Shown in pieces: positions 49,955 to 61,037 of a stretch of 64,000 bases of DNA (its first letter is position 1; the number at the start of each line of letters is the position of its first letter). The DNA is taken from contig JBMFSQ010000013.1 in NCBI GenBank assembly GCA_049967475.1, positions 26,009 to 90,008 on the forward strand, written 5' to 3'. A program made the translations under genes and the position numbers. The notes under the pieces were generated by a model. That model was not told the origin of the DNA. It saw only the letters and a program-made list of their open reading frames with translations, and did not search any database. This stretch comes from Chthonomonadales bacterium (GTDB taxonomy: Bacteria > Armatimonadota > Chthonomonadetes > Chthonomonadales > CAJBBX01).

Positions 49955-51934
49955 ATGCTGGAAGATCCCCTCGTCGGCGTGGATCGCCCGCGCGGAACCG
50001 GCCCATCCCCGGCGGCTTCGTGGGTGCGCCCCCTAATCGTCTGCGCTCTGCTCATGCCTATCAATGCCATTTGGCTCGCACAAATGGAGATGGGCACCAA
50101 TCAGAGCCGGGGCGGCGTTCCCAGCGGCCCCTATCCTACAACCTTCTCGCTCTTCGCCAACGTAATCTGCTTCATGGCCGCCCTCTCCGTGGGAAATGGA
50201 TTGCTGCAGCGGCGCCGCCCCCGCTGGGCCCTTCGCCATACCGAACTTCTCCTCGTGTACATCGCGCTCACCATCGGCTCGTGCGTGCTGAGCGTGGACT
50301 TCCTGGACGTGCTCTTTCCCATGCTGGGCCATCCGGTTCACTACGCGACACCGGCAAACAACTGGAACGCCTTGTTCATCCGGTATCTGCCCCGCTGGTT
50401 CACCGTCACAGACCCCGCTGCACTAACCCCCTGGTACACAGGCCATGCCCATCCCTATACGTGGAGCCATTTGCGGGCATGGGCCCTCCCGCTGGCTGCA
50501 TGGGGAGGCTTCATCCTCCTGCTCCTTGGAACGATGCTCTGCATCAACCTCATCCTGCGCCGGCAATGGACGCAGTACGAGCGCCTCAGTTACCCCATCA
50601 TCCAGCTTCCAATGGAAATGACCGACCCTGCCGGCGGCTTCTACAGGCACAAACTTCTTTGGCTGGGCGCCGGGGTGGCAGGGGGAATATCCCTCTTGAA
50701 CGGCTTGGCAATGTTCTTTCCGAGCCTGCCCACAATCCCCGTAAAGTACTTCGATCTGAGCCCCTACGCATCCACACCGCCATGGAACGCCATAGGATGG
50801 ACACCCGTGTCGCTCTACCCCTTCGCCATCGGCCTCGGCTTTCTGCTCCCCACGGATCTCCTCTTCTCATCCTGGTTCTTCTACTTCCTGTGGAAAGGAC
50901 AGCGCGTCCTGGCAAGTTACCTGGGTTGGTCTGCTTACAGCCCGGAATTCCCCTACATCAACGAACAGTGCTTCGGCGCGTACATGGGCATCGCCATCCT
51001 GGCGGTTTGGATGTCTCGCCGCTATCTTGTGTCTGTCCTGCGATTCGCACTGCACCCCCAATCTTCCAGCCGCCAAGATGCGCGGCAGATGCGCCTCCCG
51101 ATACTCGGTGCAATGGCCGGCTTCTTCGGGTTGGTGCTCTTCTTCCATGCCGCAGGCCTCTCGATCTGGGTCTGCGTGGCAGCATTTGCCATCTACCTCG
51201 CCACGGCGCTTGCCATTACCCGCATGAGGGCGGAGCTGGGCCCACCTGCCCACGATCTGCACAACGGAGGTCCGGATTACGTCCTTACGATGGCCCTGGG
51301 AACACGGGCCTTCTCTGCGCAAGAGCTGAGCATCCTGACCTACTTCTACTGGTTCAACCGCGCCTACCGGTCCCTGGCCATGCCGGCACAATTAGAAGCA
51401 TTCAAGATCGGCGAACGCAAAGCCATCCCGCCAAGAACCGTAGCGGTCACTTTGACACTGGCATCTGTAGCCGGCATCCTCACCGGCTATTGGGCGCTCT
51501 ATACGTTGGGATACGTGCGCGGCGCAGAAGCACGCATGGCTCCCCACTTCACAGGCTTCGGATGGGAAGCCTTCAACCGCCTTGCATCCTGGATCTCCGT
51601 GCCGCGAGGCCGGGATGCTGCCGCCATGGCTGCCATAGGCATAGGCGGATCGGCTACGCTTGCGCTCCACATCCTGAGAATGCGCTTTACATGGTGGCCC
51701 CTCCACCCTCTCGGATTGGCCGTGTCGGGAAGCTGGTCCATGAACACCATCTGGCTGCCGATGCTGATCGCGTGGGTGTGCAAGGTGTGCGTGCTGCGCT
51801 ACGGAGGTCTCCGCAGCTACCGTACGGCCTTGAGCTTCTTCTACGGATTGATCCTGGGTGATTACCTCACAGGGTGTGCATGGCCCATTGTAGGCTGGCT
51901 CCTGGGCACCACTACCTACAGCTTCCAGCAGTAG
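49955..51934 (+). CDS. Large polytopic membrane protein (DUF6785-like putative transporter)
   Basis: LRRQWTQYERLSYP, TRMRAELG, WPLHPLG, LRYGG; paralog of 18541-20586. Confidence 0.78.
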   Translation: MLEDPLVGVDRPRGTGPSPAASWVRPLIVCALLMPINAIWLAQMEMGTNQSRGGVPSGPYPTTFSLFANVICFMAALSVGNGLLQRRRPRWALRHTELLLVYIALTIGSCVLSVDFLDVLFPMLGHPVHYATPANNWNALFIRYLPRWFTVTDPAALTPWYTGHAHPYTWSHLRAWALPLAAWGGFILLLLGTMLCINLILRRQWTQYERLSYPIIQLPMEMTDPAGGFYRHKLLWLGAGVAGGISLLNGLAMFFPSLPTIPVKYFDLSPYASTPPWNAIGWTPVSLYPFAIGLGFLLPTDLLFSSWFFYFLWKGQRVLASYLGWSAYSPEFPYINEQCFGAYMGIAILAVWMSRRYLVSVLRFALHPQSSSRQDARQMRLPILGAMAGFFGLVLFFHAAGLSIWVCVAAFAIYLATALAITRMRAELGPPAHDLHNGGPDYVLTMALGTRAFSAQELSILTYFYWFNRAYRSLAMPAQLEAFKIGERKAIPPRTVAVTLTLASVAGILTGYWALYTLGYVRGAEARMAPHFTGFGWEAFNRLASWISVPRGRDAAAMAAIGIGGSATLALHILRMRFTWWPLHPLGLAVSGSWSMNTIWLPMLIAWVCKVCVLRYGGLRSYRTALSFFYGLILGDYLTGCAWPIVGWLLGTTTYSFQQ

Positions 51935-51935
51935 C

Positions 51936-52754
51936 ATGGACCATTCTGCTCGGCCCGCGGCGGGTACAATCGGATTGGAGGCAACGAGCAAGCACATGCG
52001 CAAACACGCAGGGCGCATCACGGGTCTGGTCCTGCTGGCGGTCCTGCTCTGGTGGTCCTTCCGGGGCACCGAGTTCGAACCCGCGCGCCTGGCCGGAAGC
52101 TTCAGCCGTGCGCGGGACATTCTGTCGCAGATGTGGCCGCCGGATCGCTCGGTACTCCCCAAAGCCCTCTCGTCGCTGGCGGTTACAGTGCAGATGGCCA
52201 TCTTGGGCACATTCTTCGGCTTCATCGGCGCCCTCCCCGTGAGCTTCTTGGCAGCCCGCACGCCCGCCCTCCCACAAGCCTTCAGCACTGCCGTAAAGAT
52301 GGCCCTCAACGTACTGCGCGCCATCCCGTCCCTCGTCTATGCCATCCTCTTCGTGTACATCGTGGGCCTGGGGCCGTTTACCGGAGCGCTGGGGATTGGC
52401 GTGGGTTCCTTCGTCTTCATGGCCAAGCTCTTTGCAGAAGCCCTGGAGAGCGTGCATCCCGCTCCCATCGAAGCTGTCAAGGCCGTAGGGGGAAGGCCCT
52501 TGCAAGTATTCGCCTACGCCATGCTGCCCCAAGCCTGGCCGCAGTTCCTCTCCCATACCCTCTACGCCTGGGAGCTCAACATCGGCTCGGCCACCATCGT
52601 AGGCATCGTAGGCGCCGGCGGCATCGGCTACGAGATGGTGACCCTCATCCACTACTACCAGTGGCCTCAGGCATGCGTCTACATCCTGGTGCTGGTGGCC
52701 ATGGTGCTGATCGCCGACCAGGTTAGCTACCAAATCCGCAAACGCTATACCTGA
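51936..52754 (+). CDS. phnE: Phosphonate ABC transporter permease
   Basis: TVQMAILGT, AKLFAEALE, ATIVGIVGAGGIG. Confidence 0.82.
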   Translation: MDHSARPAAGTIGLEATSKHMRKHAGRITGLVLLAVLLWWSFRGTEFEPARLAGSFSRARDILSQMWPPDRSVLPKALSSLAVTVQMAILGTFFGFIGALPVSFLAARTPALPQAFSTAVKMALNVLRAIPSLVYAILFVYIVGLGPFTGALGIGVGSFVFMAKLFAEALESVHPAPIEAVKAVGGRPLQVFAYAMLPQAWPQFLSHTLYAWELNIGSATIVGIVGAGGIGYEMVTLIHYYQWPQACVYILVLVAMVLIADQVSYQIRKRYT

Positions 52755-52777
52755 CGCCCCGAAGAAGGGAGATTGCA

Positions 52778-53578
52778 ATGCGCCCCAACACGGTAAAGCA
52801 CGAACTCAGGGACGGAAAAGTGCAGGTGGGCACGTGGCTGTCACTGGCCAGCCCCTTTGCCGCGCGCTTCATGGCTCGAACCGGCTTCCACTGGCTCACA
52901 CTGGATATCGAGCACAGCCCCGTAGATTGGGAAACGGCCGCCGCCATCTTCGGTGCCGTAGCCGATGCAGGCTGCGTTCCTCTGGCGCGCGTACCTGCCA
53001 TCCGCCACGATTATGTTAAGCGCGCCCTAGACGCCGGAGCCTATGGCATCGTCTTTCCTATGTGCTGCTCGGCCGATGAAGCGAGGGAAGCCGTGTCGTC
53101 GTGCAAATACCCCCTTGCGGGCCGGCGCAGCGTAGGCGGAGGCCTCCACACGCTCAACTTCAACGCATCATCCGCAGAATACTATGCGCGGGCCAATGAC
53201 GAGATCCTCGTCATCGTCCAGGCCGAACACTATCTCGCCGTGGAGCGATGCGATGAGATCTTCGCCGTGCCCGGCGTGGACGCAATGTTCGTGGGCCCCA
53301 ACGATCTTCTGGCCTCCATGGGCAAAACCCCAGCAATGGAAACGGACGACCCCGAATTCGTTGCAGCCCTCAACAAACTGCGGGAAGCGGCGATGCGCCA
53401 CGGGATTGCTCCGGGCCTCCACACCGCCGACGCCCAGATGGCCCTCCGCCGCATCGCCGAAGGGTGGCGCTTCATTGCCATCAGCAGTGAATTAGGCTTC
53501 ATGATGGCCGAGGCCGCCCGCACGGTGAAAGCGGCCATCGGCGAAAGCGCCGGACCCGGCGCCGCACCCAGGTACTAA
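52778..53578 (+). CDS. HpcH/HpaI-family aldolase
   Basis: LDIEHS, RVP, ALDAGA, FVGPNDL. Confidence 0.88.
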   Translation: MRPNTVKHELRDGKVQVGTWLSLASPFAARFMARTGFHWLTLDIEHSPVDWETAAAIFGAVADAGCVPLARVPAIRHDYVKRALDAGAYGIVFPMCCSADEAREAVSSCKYPLAGRRSVGGGLHTLNFNASSAEYYARANDEILVIVQAEHYLAVERCDEIFAVPGVDAMFVGPNDLLASMGKTPAMETDDPEFVAALNKLREAAMRHGIAPGLHTADAQMALRRIAEGWRFIAISSELGFMMAEAARTVKAAIGESAGPGAAPRY

Positions 53579-53594
53579 GCAGCCTTGCGCCTGC

Positions 53595-55175
53595 TCAGGG
53601 ATTATGCCATGCCCTGCCATCTCGGCCGAGGAGCCTGTCCGCCGCCTCGGGGCCCCAGCTTCCCGCAGCATAGTTGGGGAATGGCGTAAATCGCCGCGTA
53701 GCCTCCCACGTGTCCAATACAGGCTCCAGGATCTGCCAGGCAAGCTCCACGGCGTCACTGCGATTGAACAGGGTCAAATCTCCCTCGAGAGCGTCCAGCA
53801 AGAGCGTCTCGTAGGCTGTGGCCGGAGCGCTTCCGAAGGCATCCTTGTAGCTGAAATCCATGTCCACTTGCCGTATGGGCATGCCGGGGCCTGGAGCCTT
53901 CGCACCGATGCGCAGGGAGATGCCTTCGTCCGGCTGGATGCGCAGCACCAGGCGGTTGGGCACAATCCCATCGCTTCGCAAAGCGCGCCCGAAGGCGGCG
54001 TGGGGCACCCGTTTGAAGCCGATTACAATCTCCGTAACTTTCTTCGCCAAGCGCTTCCCAGACCTCAAGTAGAACGGAACATCACCCCACCGCCAGTTGT
54101 CTATCTGCAGCTTCAGGGCGGCAAAGGTTTCTGTGGCCGACGATGGAGACACATCCGGTTCCTCCCGGTACCCCTGCACCGGCACCCCGCCGACGACGCC
54201 TGGACCATATTGACCCCGCACCGCCACATCGCCCAGTTGCTCGGGATCGAGCGGTACGACGGCTTTGAGCACGTCGGATTTGCGGTCCCGTACAGACTGG
54301 TCATCCAGGCGGGCCGGGGGCTCCATCGCCACCAATGTGAGAAGCTGGAACAGGTGGTTCTGGAACATATCCCGTAAGGCGCCCGCCTCTTCGTAGTACT
54401 TGCCGCGGTGCTCCACGCCCAAATCCTCAGCCGCAGTAATCTGAACGTGGTCCACGTAGTTGCGGTTCCAGATCGGCTCCATCACAGAGTTGGCAAACCG
54501 GAAGGCTAGGATGTTCTGCACCGTTTCCTTGCCTAAGTAGTGGTCAATGCGGAAGATCTGTTGTTCATGGAATACGCGGTGCAGCGTCTGATTGAGGGTC
54601 TGCGCGCTTTGAAGATCGCGGCCGAAGGGCTTCTCCACTACAATCCGCTGCCACGCAGGTGCATCGGAACTGTGCTCTACAAGTTTGAAGCGATCCAGGT
54701 TCTTGGCGATTAAGCCGTAGAAAGGCGGCAGCGTGGCCAAGTAGAACAGTCGGTTGCCCTTCGTGCCGTGAGAAGCATCCATCTGCTGCAACCTGGAGGC
54801 CAGCACCTGGTACCCCTCGGCTGCCTCGAAGTCCCCAGCCACATAGTGAAGCAGGGCGCTGAAGCGCTCCCATTCGGATGTGTCGAAGCGCACAACGTCG
54901 GGGGAGTGGGCCACGGCATCGCGCATGGCACCGCGAAAGGCGTCGTCGTCCCAAGGCGTAACTGCGAAGCCGACAACGGCGAAGCCACTGGGCAGCAACC
55001 CCTGCACCGCGAGATTGTACAGCGCCGGCACGAGCTTGCGCGCGGTAAGGTCGCCGCTGGCTCCAAAGATCACGAATGCGCAGGGATGCCGCGGCGGATT
55101 GAGCGCTCCACCGGATTGCGTTCCGTGGGCGCCCGCCTCGGCCAAAGCTGCAGACGTGTCCGCGCCCGATGTCAC
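53595..55175 (-). CDS. zwf: Glucose-6-phosphate dehydrogenase
   Basis: [28 protein letters not shown]. Confidence 0.96.
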   Translation of the reverse strand: MTSGADTSAALAEAGAHGTQSGGALNPPRHPCAFVIFGASGDLTARKLVPALYNLAVQGLLPSGFAVVGFAVTPWDDDAFRGAMRDAVAHSPDVVRFDTSEWERFSALLHYVAGDFEAAEGYQVLASRLQQMDASHGTKGNRLFYLATLPPFYGLIAKNLDRFKLVEHSSDAPAWQRIVVEKPFGRDLQSAQTLNQTLHRVFHEQQIFRIDHYLGKETVQNILAFRFANSVMEPIWNRNYVDHVQITAAEDLGVEHRGKYYEEAGALRDMFQNHLFQLLTLVAMEPPARLDDQSVRDRKSDVLKAVVPLDPEQLGDVAVRGQYGPGVVGGVPVQGYREEPDVSPSSATETFAALKLQIDNWRWGDVPFYLRSGKRLAKKVTEIVIGFKRVPHAAFGRALRSDGIVPNRLVLRIQPDEGISLRIGAKAPGPGMPIRQVDMDFSYKDAFGSAPATAYETLLLDALEGDLTLFNRSDAVELAWQILEPVLDTWEATRRFTPFPNYAAGSWGPEAADRLLGRDGRAWHNP

Positions 55176-56095
55176 GGCTTCGCCTCCTGATGTCCCGCCG
55201 CAGCCGGCTTCACGGCGTGGCCTCCAAACTCGTTGCGCAGCGCAGCAATCACCTTTGCCGCAAACGACGCTTCCTGCCGCGATTGGAAGCGCGCCAGAAG
55301 CGACAGAGTGATCACGGGAGCGGGGATGGAGCGGTCTATAGCCTCTTGAACGGTCCAGCGGCCTTCACCACTATCTTCCACATATCCTCGGATGGAGGCC
55401 AGATCCCCTTCCCGCTCGAAGGCCCGCTCTGCCAGCTCCAGCAGCCACGAGCGCACGACGCTCCCCTGGTTCCAAAGATGGGCAATCTGCCGCAGATCGA
55501 AGCTGAAGTCGGATGCATGCAGGATCTCAAAGCCCTCTCCCAACGCTTGCAGCATACCGTACTCGATGCCGTTGTGCACCATCTTGGCAAAGTGCCCGGC
55601 TCCGCTCGGCCCTACGTAGGCGTACCCATCAGGAGGTGCCAAGGTCTTCAGAACGGGCTCTATGGCACGGAAGGCCTCGGCAGATCCGCCCACCATAAGG
55701 CAATATCCGTTGGCCAATCCCCAGATGCCTCCGGAAGTACCCGCATCTAGGTAATGAATGGAGGCTGCGGCAAGTTCAGCGCCGCGCCGCATGCTGTCTT
55801 TATAGTTGGAATTGCCTCCATCTACCAGAATGTCCCCGGGGTGAAGATGGGGCCGGAGCTCCGCAATGGTCTGCTCTACGGGCACGCCGGCAGGGATCAT
55901 CATCCAAAGGACGCGGGGCGCCGGAAGCCGGCTCACCAAATCTTCAAGAGACGTCGCTCCCTGCGCGCCCAAAGCTGCAATTGCGGCCACGGCAGCCGGG
56001 TTCCGGTCATACACTACAACGCGATGGCCTCCGCCCAGCAGGCGCTGCGTCATATTCGCGCCCATGCGTCCCAGACCAATCATCCCCAGTTCCAT
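55172..56095 (-). CDS. gnd: Decarboxylating 6-phosphogluconate dehydrogenase (short type)
   Basis: [35 protein letters not shown]. Confidence 0.94.
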   Translation of the reverse strand: MELGMIGLGRMGANMTQRLLGGGHRVVVYDRNPAAVAAIAALGAQGATSLEDLVSRLPAPRVLWMMIPAGVPVEQTIAELRPHLHPGDILVDGGNSNYKDSMRRGAELAAASIHYLDAGTSGGIWGLANGYCLMVGGSAEAFRAIEPVLKTLAPPDGYAYVGPSGAGHFAKMVHNGIEYGMLQALGEGFEILHASDFSFDLRQIAHLWNQGSVVRSWLLELAERAFEREGDLASIRGYVEDSGEGRWTVQEAIDRSIPAPVITLSLLARFQSRQEASFAAKVIAALRNEFGGHAVKPAAAGHQEAKP

Positions 56096-56144
56096 GACGA
56101 TGCTCCTCCTTCAGCGCCGATCCGGCAGTCCCCGATTCGTGACG

Positions 56145-58451
56145 TTACCGCCCATTCCTTCTGGCGGCAGCCTCCCTCCACAGGATCTCTTCAAGAAGGG
56201 GCCCTGTGTTCGCGTCCGGCTCGCTCAGATCCAATTCCTCCGACAGCTTCGCGAGAGCCGTCTTATCCGGGTTGCGTTCGTCCAGCGGCACGCGGCTGGG
56301 CACGGCTGTATAGGGCTGCAGGTTCGGCTCCGCCTGCCAAACGCCGCGAATGGGATCCGCCAAATCGTCGTATTGGCTCATGGGCGGAAGGCCCAGAAGT
56401 GCCTCGATGGTAGCATAAATGGACGCGATCGAGTAGTGGTGGCTCGAAACAGATCCCGGCCTTACCCAGGGGCTCATGATGAGCAGTATGTTGCGGTGGG
56501 CGTCTACATGATCGCGGCCATCCTGGGTGTCGTCCTCTGTCAGAAAAACCACCGTGTCCCTCCACTCGCGATGGTGGGAAAGCGCCTCCAAAATGCGGCC
56601 CGTGGCCAGGTCATTGTCGGCTACCATGGCGCGTGGCGTAGGCATACCGGCAGAAGCTCCCGCCGTATGATCGTTGGGCAGCCAGATGTACGAGAACGCG
56701 GGGAAGATGCCTGCCCGGAATTCAGCCAGCCACGCGTCTGCCCGCTTCTGGTCGGGGATGGAGAGGTTCCAGCCGGGGAATGAGGGCGCCACTTTGTCCG
56801 CCAGAAGGGGTATGGGTTTGCCGCCCTTCTCCCGCCGAACGAAATCCCCATACATCCTGCAAGACACTCCCAAACGCGCGCACTCGTCCATCATGTATCC
56901 CACAACCGGGTAGGATTGCGGGCCGGGGATCGCGTCTCCCAGCCTTCCGCGGTGGGAGTACAGAGCTTGCCAGGTCTTCTCCACATAGTCCGGGCAATTT
57001 GCGCCTAGGGTCCACTGATGCCCTTGCACGCTTACCTCTCCGTCGCCGTACATGTTGTCGGCCAGAGCGAAGCGCCGAGCCAACGCATGCAGGTTCGGCG
57101 TTACTTCCTCCCCGAAAACAGTAAGGGAGGGATCGCCGTTTCCATACCCTAGATCGCCCAACACCTGGTCGTAGGAGCGGTTCTCACGCACGATGAAGAC
57201 CACATGCTTGATCCCTTTCGGCAACCCTGCGGATTTCGAGGGGCCATGGCGGTTGGAGAAGCCGTTGAGGCGGGCAACTTCTGCGGCGCCCGCACGCCAG
57301 CGGGCAAGTTGCGGCACCGCAAGCCTCTGCACGGTGCCCCGCATCATCCTGCTGATGTGGCCCCCCTCTTTGTTGGGGCCGCTCCCGAAGCCCTTGGAAC
57401 TTACCACGTATAGGGTGCCGGTGGCAGCATCGCCCGCGATCCCGGTGGGGTACCACGCCGTAGGCAGCATCCCCGTAATCTTCAGAGTGCGGATGTCTAT
57501 ACGCGCTACGGCGTTGATGCCGGCAAGCGTCACATACAGGGCATTGCTCCCCGGCAAAAGAACCAGGCCGTTGGGAACGGTCCCGTAGGGAGCTCCGGGA
57601 TACGGGCTCAACGGGATGCGCGCCGCTACCGCGTCGGCATCCGTTCTGATTACGGCCACATCGTCGGTGTTGGCATCTGCCACGTACACGCGACGTCCGT
57701 CTGGAGACGCCACGATGCCGCAGGGAAGACCGCCCACCTCCAAAGCGGCAAGGGGTTTGGATGCAGTCAGATCCAGAACGCTCACACTCCCATCGCCCCA
57801 ATTGGTTACGTACGCCTTGCGGCCATCGGGGGTAAGGGCGATGCCGAAGGGCAAAAACCCGGTGGCGATCTCACCGGCTACAGCGCCCCGGTCCGTGTCC
57901 ACTACACGCACGCATCGCGCAAGGTTGCATACCACATAAAGGCGGCGCCCATCGGGCGAAAGAGCACAGCTTGCAGGATAGCCTCCCACAGGGATCTCTC
58001 CGGCGGGAGAGAGCCGGCCCTGCTCGAGGTGAAATACCTGCACATTGTTGGCGCCGCCCCCGCAAACCCATACCCGCGAAGCATCCGCGGACACAGCAAT
58101 CCCATTGAACACCGTCTTTACCTGCGTCTCTGAGAGCACCGCGAGGGAGCGCCCATCCAGCACCATGAGGGATTGAGTGCCCGCCCCGCAGTTGACCACC
58201 AGCACTTGATCTCCCTTGGGAGTGACGGCAATGCCCAGGGGAAAATTGCCGGCGAGCACGGTACGCCCCCAAGGTTTGACCATGCGTCCGTTGGGTAGAA
58301 CCGCACCCGCCACGGCGCCATTCTGCATGATGAAGCCCGCGGGCCGGTCTCCCGCCGGAACATCGGGGCAGGCAGCCGGCATCCGCGCCAGCCCCAGCAC
58401 GGCAACCGCCGCAGTGCCCAGGAAGCCTCTCCATACCCATCGCCCGCGCAT
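56145..58451 (-). CDS. YVTN beta-propeller / phosphoesterase fusion protein
   Basis: Repeated P.GIA..PDG...YV beta-propeller; ENRSYD, LPNDHT, EDDTQDGRDHVDAHR. Confidence 0.85.
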   Translation of the reverse strand: MRGRWVWRGFLGTAAVAVLGLARMPAACPDVPAGDRPAGFIMQNGAVAGAVLPNGRMVKPWGRTVLAGNFPLGIAVTPKGDQVLVVNCGAGTQSLMVLDGRSLAVLSETQVKTVFNGIAVSADASRVWVCGGGANNVQVFHLEQGRLSPAGEIPVGGYPASCALSPDGRRLYVVCNLARCVRVVDTDRGAVAGEIATGFLPFGIALTPDGRKAYVTNWGDGSVSVLDLTASKPLAALEVGGLPCGIVASPDGRRVYVADANTDDVAVIRTDADAVAARIPLSPYPGAPYGTVPNGLVLLPGSNALYVTLAGINAVARIDIRTLKITGMLPTAWYPTGIAGDAATGTLYVVSSKGFGSGPNKEGGHISRMMRGTVQRLAVPQLARWRAGAAEVARLNGFSNRHGPSKSAGLPKGIKHVVFIVRENRSYDQVLGDLGYGNGDPSLTVFGEEVTPNLHALARRFALADNMYGDGEVSVQGHQWTLGANCPDYVEKTWQALYSHRGRLGDAIPGPQSYPVVGYMMDECARLGVSCRMYGDFVRREKGGKPIPLLADKVAPSFPGWNLSIPDQKRADAWLAEFRAGIFPAFSYIWLPNDHTAGASAGMPTPRAMVADNDLATGRILEALSHHREWRDTVVFLTEDDTQDGRDHVDAHRNILLIMSPWVRPGSVSSHHYSIASIYATIEALLGLPPMSQYDDLADPIRGVWQAEPNLQPYTAVPSRVPLDERNPDKTALAKLSEELDLSEPDANTGPLLEEILWREAAARRNGR

Positions 58452-58479
58452 GATTGCCTCCCTCCCAATCAGGAGCGGT

Positions 58480-60207
58480 TCATGAAAGGAGGAGGGGCTT
58501 CTCGCTCCCGAGCAACCCCTCCAGAAGGCGCACAGCACACGATCCGCCTCCGGTCGCAACCGGCACCTGCAACGCTTCCGCCTCGACGCGCGCATCACGG
58601 CAGGCGAGCCCAGGGTCGGCATTGCCCCTATGGTCCCATTGGGCCCTGCCGCTGGGGTGGGGGCGCAAGCGCTGTCTTATAGGACGTTGAAGCGGCCTCC
58701 GGATGTTCCGATGCGCCGCTGCCCCATAATCATTCCGGCGGAACAAGAAGTACACAGGGCCGCTCCGCGCATCGGGCCAAGCCCGAACGAAATGGTACCG
58801 GCTCCGTATGTCCACATCCCCCTTCATGGAGCCCATCAGGCCAAGCCGATCCACATCCCCTCGTCCAAGCAGCACATACTCCGGATGGAATGCTGCAATC
58901 ATGTCCGCCAGAGGATCCCGTGACCCCGCTCGGTAAAACCTCAATACCTGCGGGGACACGATGCCTACTGCATCAATCATCGGCCTCCCCGAGTAATAGC
59001 CGATGTAGCCCAGCGGCTCAAGAAGAACCCGGTCGGATGGTCGCGTGTTGCCGGCGAGCCACTGACCGATGGGCCGCCGGACCTGATCCTCCAACGCCTG
59101 CGCACGGGCCACATCCCGCGCCACCGCCGGCACATGAGCAAGAAGCACCGCGCCGAGCAGCCCTTCTAAGGTTGCACCGCACCGCCCAACACCGGCCCGC
59201 CGCGTCAAGGAAGCCTCCAGCCTCGACACAGCCGATGCCATTCCCACGGCTGCAACCCCGTAGTACACCGGAAGCCCCGGTACGAAGTACCACCCAAACG
59301 CTGGAACCCGCGAAGCGAGCATCACCCCGTAATACAGGAACATCCAAACCAGCGGCGGCCGCATCGCCGGCATGCGCGTCCACGCAAACACAGCCCCCCA
59401 CGCGAAGGCCGCCAGCAGCGCCATCTGAAAGGGGCCCTTGGCAAATTGCGTAACGAACTCGGGCAAGTTCGGCAACGCCCCAGCGGAACGCAGATGCCCA
59501 TACGCAACCAGCTTCGCCACCACCGAATTGGGCAAGGGAGAGCCGAAGTAAACCCAGGCGAAGGCAACCCATGCTCCAACCACTGCCGATGGAGGAAGCG
59601 CCGCCTGCCAATGCATGGGCCTTCGCCCCAGCTTCAACGCAATGAGGAGCACAGCTCCCAGGGCAAGCCCGTCAATTCTGAGAAGAACTAACACCGCCAG
59701 CCACGCCCATAGCGCCTTCTCCTTTAGGGCCGCGTACGCGCCTATGGCGAGGACCTCTGCCAAACTCACGAGCCCCGTCTCCATGCCGCCGCAGGCAAAA
59801 TTGACCGGAGCGCTCGTGGCGGCATAGAGGAGAGCCGCGATCCTGCCCGCCCGCGGCTGCCCCAACCCATCGAAGAAGATGCACAGGCCGATGCAAACGC
59901 CCGCATCCGCCAGAATATTGAGGGCCTTGCCTGCAAGCCCGGCATCCAATCCCAGCCGGTAGAAGCCCGCAAGCAATAACGTGTAGAGCGGGGAAGTGGC
60001 CCCGAGAACGTGCTCGCCGGGATTGTACACAAAGCCCCGCCCGGCTGCGAGGTTGCGGGCATACCGCAAGGTGATGAAGAAGTCCTCGGTGGTGGTGTGA
60101 CTAACGTGCAGAACGTACAGGCGAACACCCACCGCCAATAGGGCGATGATCGCAGCCGACACCCGGAGGGTGCGCTTGCCGTCCGTGGAGGTGCCCGTTC
60201 GCTTCAT
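58480..60207 (-). CDS. Polytopic membrane protein, GT-C/ArnT-like glycosyltransferase
   Basis: EDFFITLRYARN...G.TSPL, GMET, RIDG, LPNSVVAK. Confidence 0.65.
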   Translation of the reverse strand: MKRTGTSTDGKRTLRVSAAIIALLAVGVRLYVLHVSHTTTEDFFITLRYARNLAAGRGFVYNPGEHVLGATSPLYTLLLAGFYRLGLDAGLAGKALNILADAGVCIGLCIFFDGLGQPRAGRIAALLYAATSAPVNFACGGMETGLVSLAEVLAIGAYAALKEKALWAWLAVLVLLRIDGLALGAVLLIALKLGRRPMHWQAALPPSAVVGAWVAFAWVYFGSPLPNSVVAKLVAYGHLRSAGALPNLPEFVTQFAKGPFQMALLAAFAWGAVFAWTRMPAMRPPLVWMFLYYGVMLASRVPAFGWYFVPGLPVYYGVAAVGMASAVSRLEASLTRRAGVGRCGATLEGLLGAVLLAHVPAVARDVARAQALEDQVRRPIGQWLAGNTRPSDRVLLEPLGYIGYYSGRPMIDAVGIVSPQVLRFYRAGSRDPLADMIAAFHPEYVLLGRGDVDRLGLMGSMKGDVDIRSRYHFVRAWPDARSGPVYFLFRRNDYGAAAHRNIRRPLQRPIRQRLRPHPSGRAQWDHRGNADPGLACRDARVEAEALQVPVATGGGSCAVRLLEGLLGSEKPLLLS

Positions 60208-60347
60208 CGGCCAGATCCCAGAACGGGGCCGGCGGCGGTGTGCCGGCCTCGCACCCGCCCCCCGCCACGCTCAGAACGCAACGAACGCGATCCCTCCGTA
60301 CAAACACAACACGCTGCCCGCCCCATGAAAAGGCAGGAAGCACGCCA

Positions 60348-61037
60348 TCATGGATGGACCGGAGAGTTCACCAGCAGTTCGCTCAAATCCGCCAAGCCCA
60401 GATCCACAGAAGTCACCTTGCGCTTTATTCGGGCGAGGGCATTGTCTACGGACTTCGTCTTGCAATGGAGCTCGTTGGCAATCTCCCGGTACGACTTGCC
60501 GATCTGGTACCGGGCGAGTACACGCCACTCAAAGTCGGAAAGAAGTTCCTGAAGCATCTCATGGAGCTGGCGCGTGTCCTCGGATTGCAGCACGAGCTCT
60601 TCGGGGTCTTGCACTTCCGTGGAGGGGAGGATATCGGAGAGGCTCCAGTCGGGGCCGGTGTCTTCGGCGGGGGATTCAAGGGAGAGGGAACTGTTGAGAG
60701 GCATCTGCTTCTGGCGCGTGGCGGTTTTGATTGCGGTGATGATGTGCCTCTGGATGCATACCTTTGCGAATGCCGGAAAGGAGATCGCCCGGTCACATCG
60801 AAAATCCACAATAGCTTGCCAAAGGCCGATCATCCCAACCTGAAGGAGGTCCTCCTTTTCGGCGCCCACAAGGAAGTAGGATTTCACCTTGGTGCGCACG
60901 AGGTTACGATACTTGTAAAGAAGATACTCCGCGGCCTGCTCTTCGCCTCGTTGCGCCGCCAGCACGATGTCATGATCGGGCATCTCCGCATACATGAGGT
61001 GTGACGGCTTGGGGCGATGCTGCACTTCCATGTTCAC
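60348..61037 (-). CDS. sigH: SigH-type RNA polymerase sigma factor
   Basis: YFLVGAEKEDLLQVGMIGL, ITAIKTATRQKQMPLN, KSVDNALARIKRK. Confidence 0.9.
   Translation of the reverse strand: MNMEVQHRPKPSHLMYAEMPDHDIVLAAQRGEEQAAEYLLYKYRNLVRTKVKSYFLVGAEKEDLLQVGMIGLWQAIVDFRCDRAISFPAFAKVCIQRHIITAIKTATRQKQMPLNSSLSLESPAEDTGPDWSLSDILPSTEVQDPEELVLQSEDTRQLHEMLQELLSDFEWRVLARYQIGKSYREIANELHCKTKSVDNALARIKRKVTSVDLGLADLSELLVNSPVHP

Noticed and set aside
50020..51861. 613-aa alternative-frame ORF, and similar long Arg/Pro-rich or antisense ORFs (e.g. 40999-42867, 16952-18559, 25783-27492)
   Set aside because: Typical high-GC shadow frames over well-supported genes, with no motifs.
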